A stretch of DNA of 64,000 nucleotides. It comes from Alphaproteobacteria bacterium. GTDB lineage: Bacteria > Pseudomonadota > Alphaproteobacteria > Bin95. Shown one piece after another: positions 10,554 to 20,011 of the stretch. The notes beneath the pieces are model-generated. The model was given only the letters and a program-made list of their open reading frames with translations, made no database searches and was not told where the DNA came from. Within the stretch, counting starts at the first letter, position 1. Each line of letters starts with the position of its first letter. The stretch covers positions 896,001 through 960,000 of the forward strand of contig CBDBGH010000003.1 in the NCBI GenBank assembly GCA_965205265.1. The letters are read 5' to 3'. A program made the position numbers and the translations under genes.

Positions 10554-10967
10554 TCAGGACGATTTGCCGAACCCGCCGCCGGGGGCCCCCAGGCTGTCGA
10601 TGATCGGGCAGTCCGGCCGGTCGTCGCCCCGGCAGGCATCGACGAGATGGGCGAGCTCGTCATGCAGCGACTGGAGCTCGCGCTGCTTCTTCGCAATCTC
10701 CTCCAGGCGCGCCGTTGCGATGCGCTTCACGTCCGCGCTGGAGCGCCGGCGGTCCTCGTAGAGGCCGAGCAGCTCCCGACATTCCGGGATCGAGAACCCG
10801 AACGCCCGCGCCCGGCGCACGAATACGAGCTTCCGCACCGAGGCGTCGTCATAGCTCCGGTAGCCGGACTCCGAGCGCGCCGGCGCCGGCACCAGCCCGA
10901 TATCGGCGTAGTAGCGCACCGTTTTCGCGGGCAGTCCTGAGGCTTTCGAGGCGGCGGAAATGTTCAT
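10554..10967 (-). CDS. cueR: Cu(I)-responsive MerR regulator CueR
   Basis: MNIS....SGLPAKTVRYY, GYRSY, C-terminal CRGDDRPDCPII. Confidence 0.95.
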   Translation of the reverse strand: MNISAASKASGLPAKTVRYYADIGLVPAPARSESGYRSYDDASVRKLVFVRRARAFGFSIPECRELLGLYEDRRRSSADVKRIATARLEEIAKKQRELQSLHDELAHLVDACRGDDRPDCPIIDSLGAPGGGFGKSS

Positions 10968-10979
10968 GGGCTCTGGCGC

Positions 10980-11010
10980 TTGACCTTCCAGTAGCTGGAA
11001 ACATTATGTT
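10980..11010 (+). promoter_or_regulatory. MerR-type promoter with CueR box
   Basis: TTGACC (10980-85), 19-bp spacer, TATGTT (11005-10); operator ACCTTCC-N7-GGAAACA resembles ACCTTCC-N7-GGAAGGT. Confidence 0.88.
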
Positions 11011-11040
11011 GCCGGAGAGGACGGAGCAAGAGGCATCGCC

Positions 11041-11487
11041 ATGGTCGCCATAGCCGCAAGGGTCGCTATCGACTGGCATTGCCGCCACACATGGCGGCGG
11101 GCCTCGAAGAACACGGCCTGGTGCCTGCTCGGCTGCGCCATCGGCGATTTCGGCACCATCGCCTTCTTCCAGTTCACCGGCATCCCCTGGCCGACCCTGG
11201 CGATCATGACCCTCGCCATCGTCAACGGGCTGCTGACCTCGATTGCTCTGGAAACGGTCATCCTCTCCCGCCAGATGGACGTTCGCACCGCCTTCCGGAC
11301 GGCCATCGGCATGTCATTCATCTCGATGATCTCCATGGAAGCCATGATGAACGCGGTGGACTGGGCGCTCACCGGCGGCGCCATGCTGACATGGTGGGTC
11401 GTGCCGCTCATGCTGGCCGCGGGCTTCGTCACCCCGCTTCCCTACAATTACTGGCGGCTGAAGGCGCTCGGGAAAGCGTGCCACTGA
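11041..11487 (+). CDS. DUF4396-like Met-rich membrane protein
   Basis: T.WCLLGCAIGD, MISMEAMMN, AGFVTPLPYNYW; C-terminal CH. Confidence 0.8.
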   Translation: MVAIAARVAIDWHCRHTWRRASKNTAWCLLGCAIGDFGTIAFFQFTGIPWPTLAIMTLAIVNGLLTSIALETVILSRQMDVRTAFRTAIGMSFISMISMEAMMNAVDWALTGGAMLTWWVVPLMLAAGFVTPLPYNYWRLKALGKACH

Positions 11488-11500
11488 GGGCGGCGGGCCC

Positions 11501-11935
11501 GTGAGACACGCTCTTGCGCTCCTCGCGTTTCTGGTTCCCGCGGCCGGGTTCGCCGGCCACGAACTTGACGACCGCGACCTGGGAAACGGGCAGGCGCTCT
11601 ATGCGGAGCACTGCGCCTCCTGCCACGGGGCGAAGCTGGAGGGCCAGCCCGATTGGCGGCAGCCCGGTCCGGACGGCGTCTTTCCCGCGCCGCCCCACGA
11701 TGCGACGGGCCACACCTGGCACCACGACAACCGGCTGCTGTTCGACTACACGAAACTCGGCGGCGAAGTGCTGTTCGCGGCGCGCGGCATCCGGGGGCCG
11801 AAGAGCGGAATGCAGGGGTTTGCGGATGTGCTCACCGATGACGGGATCTGGGACATTCTCGCCTATATCCGCTCCACCTGGCCGGAGCGGGTCAAGGAAG
11901 TACAGGCCGCGAGGAATCCGCCTCACAACCGGTAG
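11501..11935 (+). CDS. monoheme c-type cytochrome
   Basis: signal peptide; CASCH; PAPPHD.TGHTWHH; M..F distal ligand region. Confidence 0.9.
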   Translation: MRHALALLAFLVPAAGFAGHELDDRDLGNGQALYAEHCASCHGAKLEGQPDWRQPGPDGVFPAPPHDATGHTWHHDNRLLFDYTKLGGEVLFAARGIRGPKSGMQGFADVLTDDGIWDILAYIRSTWPERVKEVQAARNPPHNR

Positions 11936-12031
11936 CCGCTTTCTGTCGCCGGATGCCGCGCAAGGCGTCGCTTGAAGGGAAATTCCCGCCGCGCTATCCA
12001 GAAAGAGGGTGAAACAGCGAGGCAATCTTCC

Positions 12032-12802
12032 ATGACCGGCACGCCGGGTTACTTCCAGGGCAAGACCATCGTCATCACCGGGGCAGCGAGCGGCATCGGC
12101 CGGGCGACCGCGCAGATCTTCACCCGCGAGGGCGCCCATGTCGTCGCCTGCGACATCGACGAGGAGGGCAATGACAACACGGTGGAGATCATCCGCCAGA
12201 CGGGAGGCCGGGCGCTCGCCGTCGCCACCGACGTCACCCGGCGCGAGGACGTCGATGCGGCGGTCGCGGAGGCCATCCGCGAGTTCGGGCGGATCGACTT
12301 CATGTTCAACTGCGCCGGCGCGGCGGTGCGCCGGTCCGCCTTCCTCGATATCGACGACGACCTCTGGCAGCGGACCTGGGCGATCAATGTGAACGGCGTG
12401 CTCTACGGCATGCAGGCGGTGCTGCCGCACATGCTGGAGAACGGCAGGGGCGTGATCGTGAATGTGGCCTCCATGTCCCACAAGCGCGGCGGGCCGGGCA
12501 CCTCGGTGCATTACGCCTCCGCCAAGGGCGCGGTGCTGACCATGACGCTCGGCGTGGCGCGGGAGTTCGCAAATCGCGGCATACGCTGCCTGTCGATCTC
12601 GCCGGGTCCCGTCGAGACGCCGTTCCAGGCCGCGGCCGCGACAACGCCGGACACGATGGCGACCTTCCTCTCGGACGTGCCGATGGGCCGCTTCGGCAAG
12701 CCGGAGGAGATCGGCGAGCTCGTGCTCTTCATGTGCTCCGACGCCTGCGAGTTCATGACCGCCGACACGGTCTATGTGAACGGCGGCGGCGGCTGGCGGT
12801 AG
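12032..12802 (+). CDS. short-chain dehydrogenase/reductase
   Basis: TGAASGIG, NCAG, YASAK. Confidence 0.92.
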   Translation: MTGTPGYFQGKTIVITGAASGIGRATAQIFTREGAHVVACDIDEEGNDNTVEIIRQTGGRALAVATDVTRREDVDAAVAEAIREFGRIDFMFNCAGAAVRRSAFLDIDDDLWQRTWAINVNGVLYGMQAVLPHMLENGRGVIVNVASMSHKRGGPGTSVHYASAKGAVLTMTLGVAREFANRGIRCLSISPGPVETPFQAAAATTPDTMATFLSDVPMGRFGKPEEIGELVLFMCSDACEFMTADTVYVNGGGGWR

Positions 12803-12808
12803 GGCCGC

Positions 12809-13375
12809 CTACTGCCCGAAGCGGTTTTCGGGGTCGGCGGCGAAGGCTTCCTCCTCGGGCGTGGAGGGGCGGCCGAGGACGGCGTTGCGGTGGGGGAAGC
12901 GCCCGAAGCGGCGGATGATCTCGCGGTGCTTGCGGCCGTATTCGCGGCTGCCGGCGGGTCCATAGGCATCGAACAGGCGCACGACGAGTTCCTGGTCGGC
13001 AAGCGACTCGCTGTGTTCCAGCGGCAGGTAGAAGAACGCCCGGAGGCTGGATGGCTGCCCGCGGTCGAAGCCGCGCGCCACGGCGAAATGCGCGAGCTCC
13101 CGGGCGCGCGGGTCGCCGGCGAAGGCGCGCGCCGTGCCCCGGTAGATGTTGCGGGGGAACTGGTCGAGCAGCAGGATGAGCGCGAGGCAGCGCCGCGGCC
13201 GCCAGCGCCAGTCGTCGAAGCCGCCGGCGATGGCTTCTTCGACGGCGGGCTCGAACCGGCGGCACAGCTCGTCGAACTCCGGCCCGCCCCGGAACCAGAC
13301 CTCGCGCTGCCAGCCGAAGTCGGGAGCTTCGGGCAGGCCGAACCAGAAGTCGAGTACGGCATCCGGATCCGTCAT
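12809..13375 (-). CDS. DUF924 family protein
   Basis: VLDFWF, ILLLDQFPRNIYRG, FFYLPLEHSE, FGRFPHRN..LGR.ST.EE. Confidence 0.9.
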   Translation of the reverse strand: MTDPDAVLDFWFGLPEAPDFGWQREVWFRGGPEFDELCRRFEPAVEEAIAGGFDDWRWRPRRCLALILLLDQFPRNIYRGTARAFAGDPRARELAHFAVARGFDRGQPSSLRAFFYLPLEHSESLADQELVVRLFDAYGPAGSREYGRKHREIIRRFGRFPHRNAVLGRPSTPEEEAFAADPENRFGQ

Positions 13376-14331
13376 TCGATCAGCCCTTTCTGTTGCAAGA
13401 GACGGTCGAGCTCGGCGGGGTTGCGCCATTCGATATTGACGGCCACGGTCTCCACCGCGTCCCGAATATCCGCCGGCAGGCGCATGGCGTCCTTCTCGGT
13501 CGTGACGCATCTGGCGCCGAGCGCCGCCGCCTGCTCGATGAGCGCCATCGCCTCCTCCGGCTTGTAGGCGTGGTGGTCCGGAAAGGCGCGGAAATCGACC
13601 AGCCGCGCGCCCAGCTCCTGCAGCGTCTCGGCGAATTTGGCCGGCCGCCCGATGCCGGCGAAGCCGAAAACGGCCTCGCCCGCAAGCCGCTCGCTGCCCG
13701 GCGCCGGCATGAGACGCGCTTCGAGCCGGGGCAGACCGTTCGGCAGGGCGCAGCGGGGGCGGCCGACCACAACGAGCGCATCGGCGCGCGCATGGGCCGT
13801 TGCGGCAGGCTCGCGCAAGGGTCCGGCCGGGAAGACGCGCCCGTTGCCGTAGCCGACCGCACCGTCGGCCACCAGGATCGCCGCATCCTTGGCGAGGCTC
13901 CCGTTCTGGAAGCCGTCGTCCATCACGACGATGCTGGCGCCGGCCTCAGCCGCGGCGAGCGCGCCGGCGGGGCGGTTGCGCGCGACCCAGGCCGGCGCGG
14001 CGCGGGCCAGCAGTAGAGGCTCGTCGCCGACATCGCCCGCGTCATGCGCCGCCGGATCGACCCGGACCGGGCCGTGCTCGCGGCCGCTATAGCCGCGCGA
14101 GAGGAAATGCGGACGGTGCCCGGCGGCGGCAAGGCGTTCGGCGACGGCCAGCGCAACCGGCGTCTTGCCGGCCCCGCCCAGCACGGCGTTGCCGATGCAG
14201 ACGACCGGCACCGGCGCCCGGCGGGCCCTGCCGCGCCCGGGCCGCGAAAGCAGGGCGTAGAGCCGGCCGGCAGGGGCGAGCAGCCGGCCTTGCGGCGCGC
14301 CCGCATCGTTCCAGAAGGCAGGCGGGCGCAC
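13372..14331 (-). CDS. lpxK: tetraacyldisaccharide 4'-kinase
   Basis: CIGN..GG.GKTP, LSRGY, GDEPLLL, MDDGFQ, PAGPLRE, FPDHH, TTEKD. Confidence 0.95.
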   Translation of the reverse strand: MRPPAFWNDAGAPQGRLLAPAGRLYALLSRPGRGRARRAPVPVVCIGNAVLGGAGKTPVALAVAERLAAAGHRPHFLSRGYSGREHGPVRVDPAAHDAGDVGDEPLLLARAAPAWVARNRPAGALAAAEAGASIVVMDDGFQNGSLAKDAAILVADGAVGYGNGRVFPAGPLREPAATAHARADALVVVGRPRCALPNGLPRLEARLMPAPGSERLAGEAVFGFAGIGRPAKFAETLQELGARLVDFRAFPDHHAYKPEEAMALIEQAAALGARCVTTEKDAMRLPADIRDAVETVAVNIEWRNPAELDRLLQQKGLIE

Positions 14332-14335
14332 AGGC

Positions 14336-15604
14336 TCAGAGGCGGGCGAGCAGCGGCGAGAGCGCGCCCAGCACCTCGTCCAGCACGCCGCCCCGGGCGT
14401 TGGCCACCGCCGCCGCGCGGGCCGCCTGTGTGCGCCGCGCTTCGCTGTCGGAAAGCAGCATGCCGATGGCGGCCACCAGCTCGTCCCGGTCCGCGACCCG
14501 GCGTGCACCCCCCGCCGCCGCCAGTTCGGCCACAATCTCGGTGAAATTGAACATGGCCGGCCCATGCACGAGCGCCGCGCCCAGCCGCGCCGGCTCGAGC
14601 GGATTCTGCCCGCCATGCGGCACCAGCGAGCCGCCGACGAACACGGCTTCCGCCACGCGGTAGAACAGCCCGAGCTCATCCAGCGTGTCGATCAGATAGA
14701 CCCCGGTCGCCGCGCCCGGCAGTTCCCCGCGCGAGCGCCTGGCGACGGCGAGGCCGTTCTTCGCCGAAAGCAGGGTCTCGATCTCGTCGCCGCGTTCGGG
14801 ATGGCGGGGCGCCAGCAGGGTCAGCACGCCGGCATGGCTGTGCCTGAGCGCCTCATGCGCATAGGCAACCTCGGCCTCTTCGCCGGGATGGGTGGAAGCG
14901 GCGAGCCAGACCGGCCGGTCGGCCACCGCGTCCAGTACCGCTTCGAGCGCCGTTTCGTCCGCACCGAGCGGCGGGGCGGCGTATTTCAGGTTGCCGGGAA
15001 TGCGCACGGGGTCGGCCCCCAGCATGCGGAACCGCGCCGCATGTTCGGCATCCTGCGCGAGCGTGACCTCGAACGAGCCGAGCAGCCGGCGCGCGAAGCG
15101 CGGGAAGTGCCGCCAGCGTCCGAAGGAGACAGGCGACATGCGCGCGTTCAGGAGCGCGGCCGGCACGCTTTGCGCGCTGAGTTCGCAAAGCATGTTGGGC
15201 CAGAGTTCGGACTCGATCCAGAGCGCAAGGTCCGGGCGCCAGTGCTTCAGGAAGCGGCGCACCCACACCGTCCTGTCCATGGGATAGTACTGGTGGATGG
15301 CGCCCGGCGGCAGGCGCCGCGCCAGCAGTGTGGCGGCGGTGCGGGTGACGGAGGTTGCGAGCACCGCCGCATCCGGGCGCAAGGCGGTGATCCTGTCGAT
15401 CAGCGGCAGGACCGACGCGGTCTCGCCTATGCTGGCGCCGTGGAACCAGACCAGCGGACCGTCGGGACGCGCCGCGCCGGCGATGCCCCGCCGCTCGGGC
15501 AGGCGCACCGGGTCTTCCCGGCCGCGCCGCCGGCGGTGGGCGACATAGAACGGCAGCGCGGGCGCCAGCAGGCCGGTCGCCGCCCGGTAGGCAAGGTGCA
15601 TCAT
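14336..15604 (-). CDS. waaA: Kdo transferase
   Basis: WFHGASIGE, ESELWPN, NARMS, GNLKY, AASTHPGEE, APRHPER, GGQNPLEPA. Confidence 0.95.
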   Translation of the reverse strand: MMHLAYRAATGLLAPALPFYVAHRRRRGREDPVRLPERRGIAGAARPDGPLVWFHGASIGETASVLPLIDRITALRPDAAVLATSVTRTAATLLARRLPPGAIHQYYPMDRTVWVRRFLKHWRPDLALWIESELWPNMLCELSAQSVPAALLNARMSPVSFGRWRHFPRFARRLLGSFEVTLAQDAEHAARFRMLGADPVRIPGNLKYAAPPLGADETALEAVLDAVADRPVWLAASTHPGEEAEVAYAHEALRHSHAGVLTLLAPRHPERGDEIETLLSAKNGLAVARRSRGELPGAATGVYLIDTLDELGLFYRVAEAVFVGGSLVPHGGQNPLEPARLGAALVHGPAMFNFTEIVAELAAAGGARRVADRDELVAAIGMLLSDSEARRTQAARAAAVANARGGVLDEVLGALSPLLARL

Positions 15605-16290
15605 GGCGCGGTCGCAGACGGCAGCGGCCGGTGTCCGCACAGCCGGTCGGCGCGGTCGGTCAGGCTGTCCAGCGCTTCCTTGAGGCGCGGGAGCGCGTCG
15701 TCGTCCGAAACCGGCAGCGCTTCGCCGAACAGATAGACGCCCCGGTTGACGGGAAGCGGCACCAGCAGGCGGTCCCAGCTCCCGAGCAGGACACGCCGGC
15801 GCACCGACCAGGACACCGGCAGGATGCGCACCCGCGTGAGCCGGGCGAGCGCTGCCGCCCCCGGATGCGGCACCCCGCGCGGCCCGCGCGGCCCGTCGGG
15901 GGTGATCGCCACGATGTCGCCGGCGCGCACCAGGCGGACCAGACGGCGCAGCGCCAGCGCGCCGCCGCGCTCGGTGGAGCCGGAAACGGTATGCAGGCCG
16001 AACCCTTCCGCGATGGAGCCGCCGATCTGGCCGTCGCGATGCGCCGAAATGAGCACATGCGTGCGGTCGGGCCAGGGCCAGTCCACCGGGAACAGCATCA
16101 GCCGCCCGTGCCAGAAGCAGACCACGGCGCTGCCGTCTTCCTTCAGCGCCGTTTCCAGATGCTCGCGCCCTTCGACGCGCCAGCGTGTCGTCCCGGCCAC
16201 CAGCCGGACATAGGCGACCAGCAGCCGCTTCGCGAACCGCTGGGCCGCCGGGTGGCGCAACAACCGCCTGCCGAGACGTTTAGCCCGCAT
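15601..16290 (-). CDS. DUF374 lysophospholipid acyltransferase family protein
   Basis: FWHGRL, IS.HRDG, ITPDGPRGP, SWDR...PLP; usual position between msbA and waaA. Confidence 0.88.
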   Translation of the reverse strand: MRAKRLGRRLLRHPAAQRFAKRLLVAYVRLVAGTTRWRVEGREHLETALKEDGSAVVCFWHGRLMLFPVDWPWPDRTHVLISAHRDGQIGGSIAEGFGLHTVSGSTERGGALALRRLVRLVRAGDIVAITPDGPRGPRGVPHPGAAALARLTRVRILPVSWSVRRRVLLGSWDRLLVPLPVNRGVYLFGEALPVSDDDALPRLKEALDSLTDRADRLCGHRPLPSATAP

Positions 16291-16360
16291 TGCCTGGAGA
16301 CCGTTTGAGAATTGCACCGATGCAGGGTCCGGCCCCGTTATGCCCGAGCACCCCCCTTTC

Positions 16361-16770
16361 GTCATACCCGGACTTGTTCCGGGCATCTCCGTCGGGGCCA
16401 TCGCGGCGGCCGCATGGATGCCCGGAACAAGTCCGGGCATGACGATATGAGGGCATGACGATGAAGGGGGGCGGCGCGCCGGGCGTCGATCGGAGTCCCG
16501 GTTCGACCGGACCCTTGGAAACCCGTTTGAATCCAGGCCATGCGTCCTGTCCGCAAAACCCAAACCGGACAGCAGTGGAACAAGTCCGGGCATGACGATA
16601 TGGGAGGCGGGTATGACGGGAACGGGGGCGGGCCGCCGGGTGTCGATCCGAGTTCCGATCCCGCCGAACCCCTCCAAGCCCGGTTGAATTCAAGCCATGC
16701 GCTCTGTCCCCCAAATCTAAACCGGACAGCAGTGGAACAAGTCCGGGCATGACGATATGGGGCATGGCGG
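16361..16770. repeat. REP-like palindrome plus two tandem ~155-bp diverged units
   Basis: inverted pair GTCATACCCGGACTTGTTCCGGGCATC (16361-87) / GATGCCCGGAACAAGTCCGGGCATGAC (16417-43); GGAACAAGTCCGGGCATGACGATATG at 16424, 16577, 16734. Confidence 0.85.
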
Positions 16771-16847
16771 AAAGGAGCTCGAGGCATCGACTGCGGTCCT
16801 GCCCCGACACGCACGGATGCCGCCGACAACCGATTCTCAAACGGTAT

Positions 16848-18617
16848 CTAGGCAATGCGGCGGCCCGCTTCGGCGAACTGGAGCGCATGCAGGCGCGCAT
16901 AGGCGCCGCTCTGCGCCAGAAGCGCGCCGTGAGCACCCGACTCGATCACCCGGCCCTCGTCGATGACATGGATTACATCGGCATTGGCGACGGTGGAGAG
17001 GCGGTGCGCGATGACGACGGTGGTGCGGCCCTGCTTCAGGCGCTCGAGCGCCGCCTGGACCAGCCGTTCGGTCTCGGTGTCGAGCGCGGAGGTCGCTTCG
17101 TCCAGGAGCAGGATCGGCGCGTCCTTCAGCATGGCGCGCGCAACGGCGATGCGCTGGCGCTGGCCGCCCGAGAGCCTGACGCCGAACTCGCCGACCCGCG
17201 TCCGGTAGCCCTCCGGCATGGCCTCGATGAAATCGTGCGCGCCCGCATTGCGCGCGGCGGCCTCGACCTCTTCCTCCGTCGCGTCCGCCCGGCCGCAGGC
17301 GATATTGGCGTGAATGCTGTCGTCGAACAGCGATACCTCCTGGCTTACCAGCGCGATCCTGTCCCTGAGCGAGGCGAGGGTGACGCTTCGCACGTCCTGC
17401 CCGTCTATGGCGACCCGGCCGGTTTCGACATCGTAAAAGCGCGGGATGAGGTTGAGGATCGTGGTCTTGCCGGCCCCGGAAGCCCCGACCAGGGCCGATG
17501 TGCGGCCTGCCGGGAAGGTGAGCGAGAGGCCGGACAGCGCCGCCGGTCCGTCCGAATAGGAGAAGGACACGTCCTCGAAGGCGATCTCGCCCCGCCCGAC
17601 GCGAAGGGGTGCCGCGTCCGGCGCGTCCACGATTTCGGGCTTCCGGTCCAGCAGCTCGAAGCAGCGCTGTGCGCCGACCAGTCCCTGCTGGATGGCAGCG
17701 TTGACGCTGACGAGATGCTTGACCGGCCGGTAGGCGATCAGGAAGGCCGTCAGGAACGCAACGATGGTGCCCGGCGTGATATTGCCGGCGGCGACTTGCC
17801 CGCCGCCGTAGAAGATGACGGCCGCGATGGCGACGGCGCCCAGGAACTCCATGACCGGGCGGGAGACCGCCTGCACGCGCACTGTCTTGATCGTCAGGCG
17901 GCGGATGCGGTCGATGGCGGCGTCGGCTTCCCTGCGTTCGCGTTCCTCCAGCCGGTAGGCCTTGATATGGCGGATGCCGGTAAGCGCTTGTTCGAGCGTG
18001 GCGGTGAACTCGCCCCAACTTGTCTGCGCGGAGCTCGTGATCCGGCGGATGCGCCGCCCGATGCGCAGGACAAGCATCAGCGTCGTCGGGAACACGAACA
18101 GCACGATCAGGGTGAGCAGCCAGTCCTGGTGGAACAGCACGCCCAGCACGAAGACGATGGTGAGGCTGTCCCTGCCCAGTGTGAGCAGCGTCGTGGACAG
18201 GGCCCCGCGCATCAGGTTCACGTCATTGGTGAAGCGCGAGATGAGCGCGCCGGTGCGGCTGTTGTCGAAAAACACCAGATCCGCATGGACCAGATGGCCG
18301 AACATCGCGGACTGGAAGGAGGCGACCACGCCCTGGCCGACCCTGGCGAGGATGACGGCCGAAAAATAGGCCGAGAAGCCCTGTACAAGGCCCAGCGCGA
18401 AGATCGTGAGCGAAACGACAACGATCAGCGCTTCGTTGCCCGCAACCAGAACCTCGTCCACCAGTTCCTGCACCACGCGGATGTAGCCGGCCTGCGCGGC
18501 GGCGCTCAGCGCCATCGCCAGCGCGGCCAGGCGGAGCGCCGGCAGGTTGGCGCGGATATGGCTTCGCCAGAGGCGGCCGATCAATGCGCGAACGGGAAGA
18601 TCCGGGGGGGAGGCCAT
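16848..18617 (-). CDS. msbA: lipid A flippase MsbA-type ABC transporter
   Basis: TMD+NBD fusion, GASGAGKT, LSGGQRQR, LLLDEATSALD; upstream of waaA/lpxK. Confidence 0.85.
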   Translation of the reverse strand: MASPPDLPVRALIGRLWRSHIRANLPALRLAALAMALSAAAQAGYIRVVQELVDEVLVAGNEALIVVVSLTIFALGLVQGFSAYFSAVILARVGQGVVASFQSAMFGHLVHADLVFFDNSRTGALISRFTNDVNLMRGALSTTLLTLGRDSLTIVFVLGVLFHQDWLLTLIVLFVFPTTLMLVLRIGRRIRRITSSAQTSWGEFTATLEQALTGIRHIKAYRLEERERREADAAIDRIRRLTIKTVRVQAVSRPVMEFLGAVAIAAVIFYGGGQVAAGNITPGTIVAFLTAFLIAYRPVKHLVSVNAAIQQGLVGAQRCFELLDRKPEIVDAPDAAPLRVGRGEIAFEDVSFSYSDGPAALSGLSLTFPAGRTSALVGASGAGKTTILNLIPRFYDVETGRVAIDGQDVRSVTLASLRDRIALVSQEVSLFDDSIHANIACGRADATEEEVEAAARNAGAHDFIEAMPEGYRTRVGEFGVRLSGGQRQRIAVARAMLKDAPILLLDEATSALDTETERLVQAALERLKQGRTTVVIAHRLSTVANADVIHVIDEGRVIESGAHGALLAQSGAYARLHALQFAEAGRRIA

Positions 18618-18770
18618 GAGGCCCGCTTCATACCACGGGCGGGCGTCGGGCGGGAGCGCCGATGCGCGCCCGGACGCGACGGTTGCCTGCCTCGCGGAAG
18701 CGGGCGTAAAGTCGCCGAGGCTAAAGCAGGGTCCGGCAGAGCCGGGCCGATATCGGGGAGGGTGCAAACC

Positions 18771-19934
18771 ATGAGACGTTCGCTTCTTGCAGCGGCGGCA
18801 GTGCTGGCCGCAGGCGCCGTTCAGGCCGACGAGATCAGGATCGGGGTGCTCTACCCGATCGCCGGGACCGGAGCCGTTTACGGCGAGCCGGCGATGCACG
18901 GCCACAATATGGCCGTGGACGAACTCAATGCCGCAGGCGGCATCCTCGGCAAGAAGATCGTGAGCTTCGCCCGCGACACCAAGCTGAAGCCGGCCGCTGC
19001 TTCCGCTGCTGCCAAGGAGCTGATTACCAAGGACGGCGTGAATGTGCTGGTCGGCGGGCTCTCTTCGGCCGTCGGCCTTGCGATCTCGGAGGTCGCGCGC
19101 CAGGAGGGCGTCGTCTATGTCGCGACGATCCCGAAGACGATCAAGCTCACCACCGAGAAGCGCCACGACCATGTCTTCCGCACCGCCTCGCACACCGACT
19201 TCGAGGGCGATGCGATGGGCCAGATCGTCGCAAAGCTCGGACTGAAGAAGATCTGCGACATCCAGCTCGATTATGCCTATGGCCACGACCTCGCCGCCGG
19301 CATCGAGAAGGGCCTGAAGCGCCATGCGCCGGACGCCGAGAAGGTGCTCGACCTGCGCGTCAAGCTCGGCGCGACCGACTACAACGCCTTCATCTCGCAG
19401 ATCATGGGCGCGGGCTGCGACGGCGTAACGAGCGGCCTCTGGGGCTCGCACTTCGTCAATTTCGCCCAGCAGGGCAGTCCCTTCGGCCTCTTCAACCAGA
19501 TCAAATACATATCGGGCGGCGAGATCGCGAGCCATGAGATCGCCGGCAAGATGAAGGGCGACTATCCGGACAATGTGTGGTCCAACACCTACGAGCTCTG
19601 GTACCACCACCACGATCCGAGCCATGTCGCGTTTCAGGAGGCGCTCGCCGAGCGCTCCGGCACCAAGGAAACGGCGATGTGGCCGGTGCTTGCCTATATC
19701 GGCGTGAAGTTCATCGCGGCCGCCGCCGAGAAGGCCGGCTCGATGGAAGCGGACGCGCTCGCCGGCGCGCTGAAGGGCATGACCATCCAGACGCCGGTCG
19801 GCCCGCGCACCATCGACCCCGAGACCCATCAAGCCGATACCGGCCAGTTCTGGGGCCCGATGGTCAAGAAGGAAGGCGTGGACTACCGCGTGATGGACCC
19901 CGTGACCTTCATTCCGGCGGTCATCGAAGAGTAG
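18771..19934 (+). CDS. HAAT (Liv-type) ABC substrate-binding protein
   Basis: signal peptide; N.AGGILG, DYAYG, LGATDY; followed by LivH/M/G/F-like genes. Confidence 0.9.
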   Translation: MRRSLLAAAAVLAAGAVQADEIRIGVLYPIAGTGAVYGEPAMHGHNMAVDELNAAGGILGKKIVSFARDTKLKPAAASAAAKELITKDGVNVLVGGLSSAVGLAISEVARQEGVVYVATIPKTIKLTTEKRHDHVFRTASHTDFEGDAMGQIVAKLGLKKICDIQLDYAYGHDLAAGIEKGLKRHAPDAEKVLDLRVKLGATDYNAFISQIMGAGCDGVTSGLWGSHFVNFAQQGSPFGLFNQIKYISGGEIASHEIAGKMKGDYPDNVWSNTYELWYHHHDPSHVAFQEALAERSGTKETAMWPVLAYIGVKFIAAAAEKAGSMEADALAGALKGMTIQTPVGPRTIDPETHQADTGQFWGPMVKKEGVDYRVMDPVTFIPAVIEE

Positions 19935-19949
19935 CGGCCTGCAAGGAAT

Positions 19950-19978
19950 GCGGCCGGCCTCCCGGCCGGCCGCGTTTC
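19950..19978 (+). terminator. GC hairpin after SBP gene (terminator or mRNA stabiliser)
   Basis: GCGGCCGGC-CTCCCG-GCCGGCCGC followed by a short T tract. Confidence 0.5.
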
Positions 19979-20011
19979 CCCCTTTCCCGACACCGCTGAC
20001 GGAGCCCGTCC

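Noticed and set aside
16424-16760. CRISPR array (three 26-bp repeats)
   Set aside because: Spacers are about 130 bp and homologous to each other, the repeat is a REP half, and no cas genes are present
16749-19934. 1061-aa and 994-aa giant ORFs, and similar 40102-42927 and 47893-50241
   Set aside because: GC-rich shadow frames or N-terminal extensions antisense to real genes; true starts are internal
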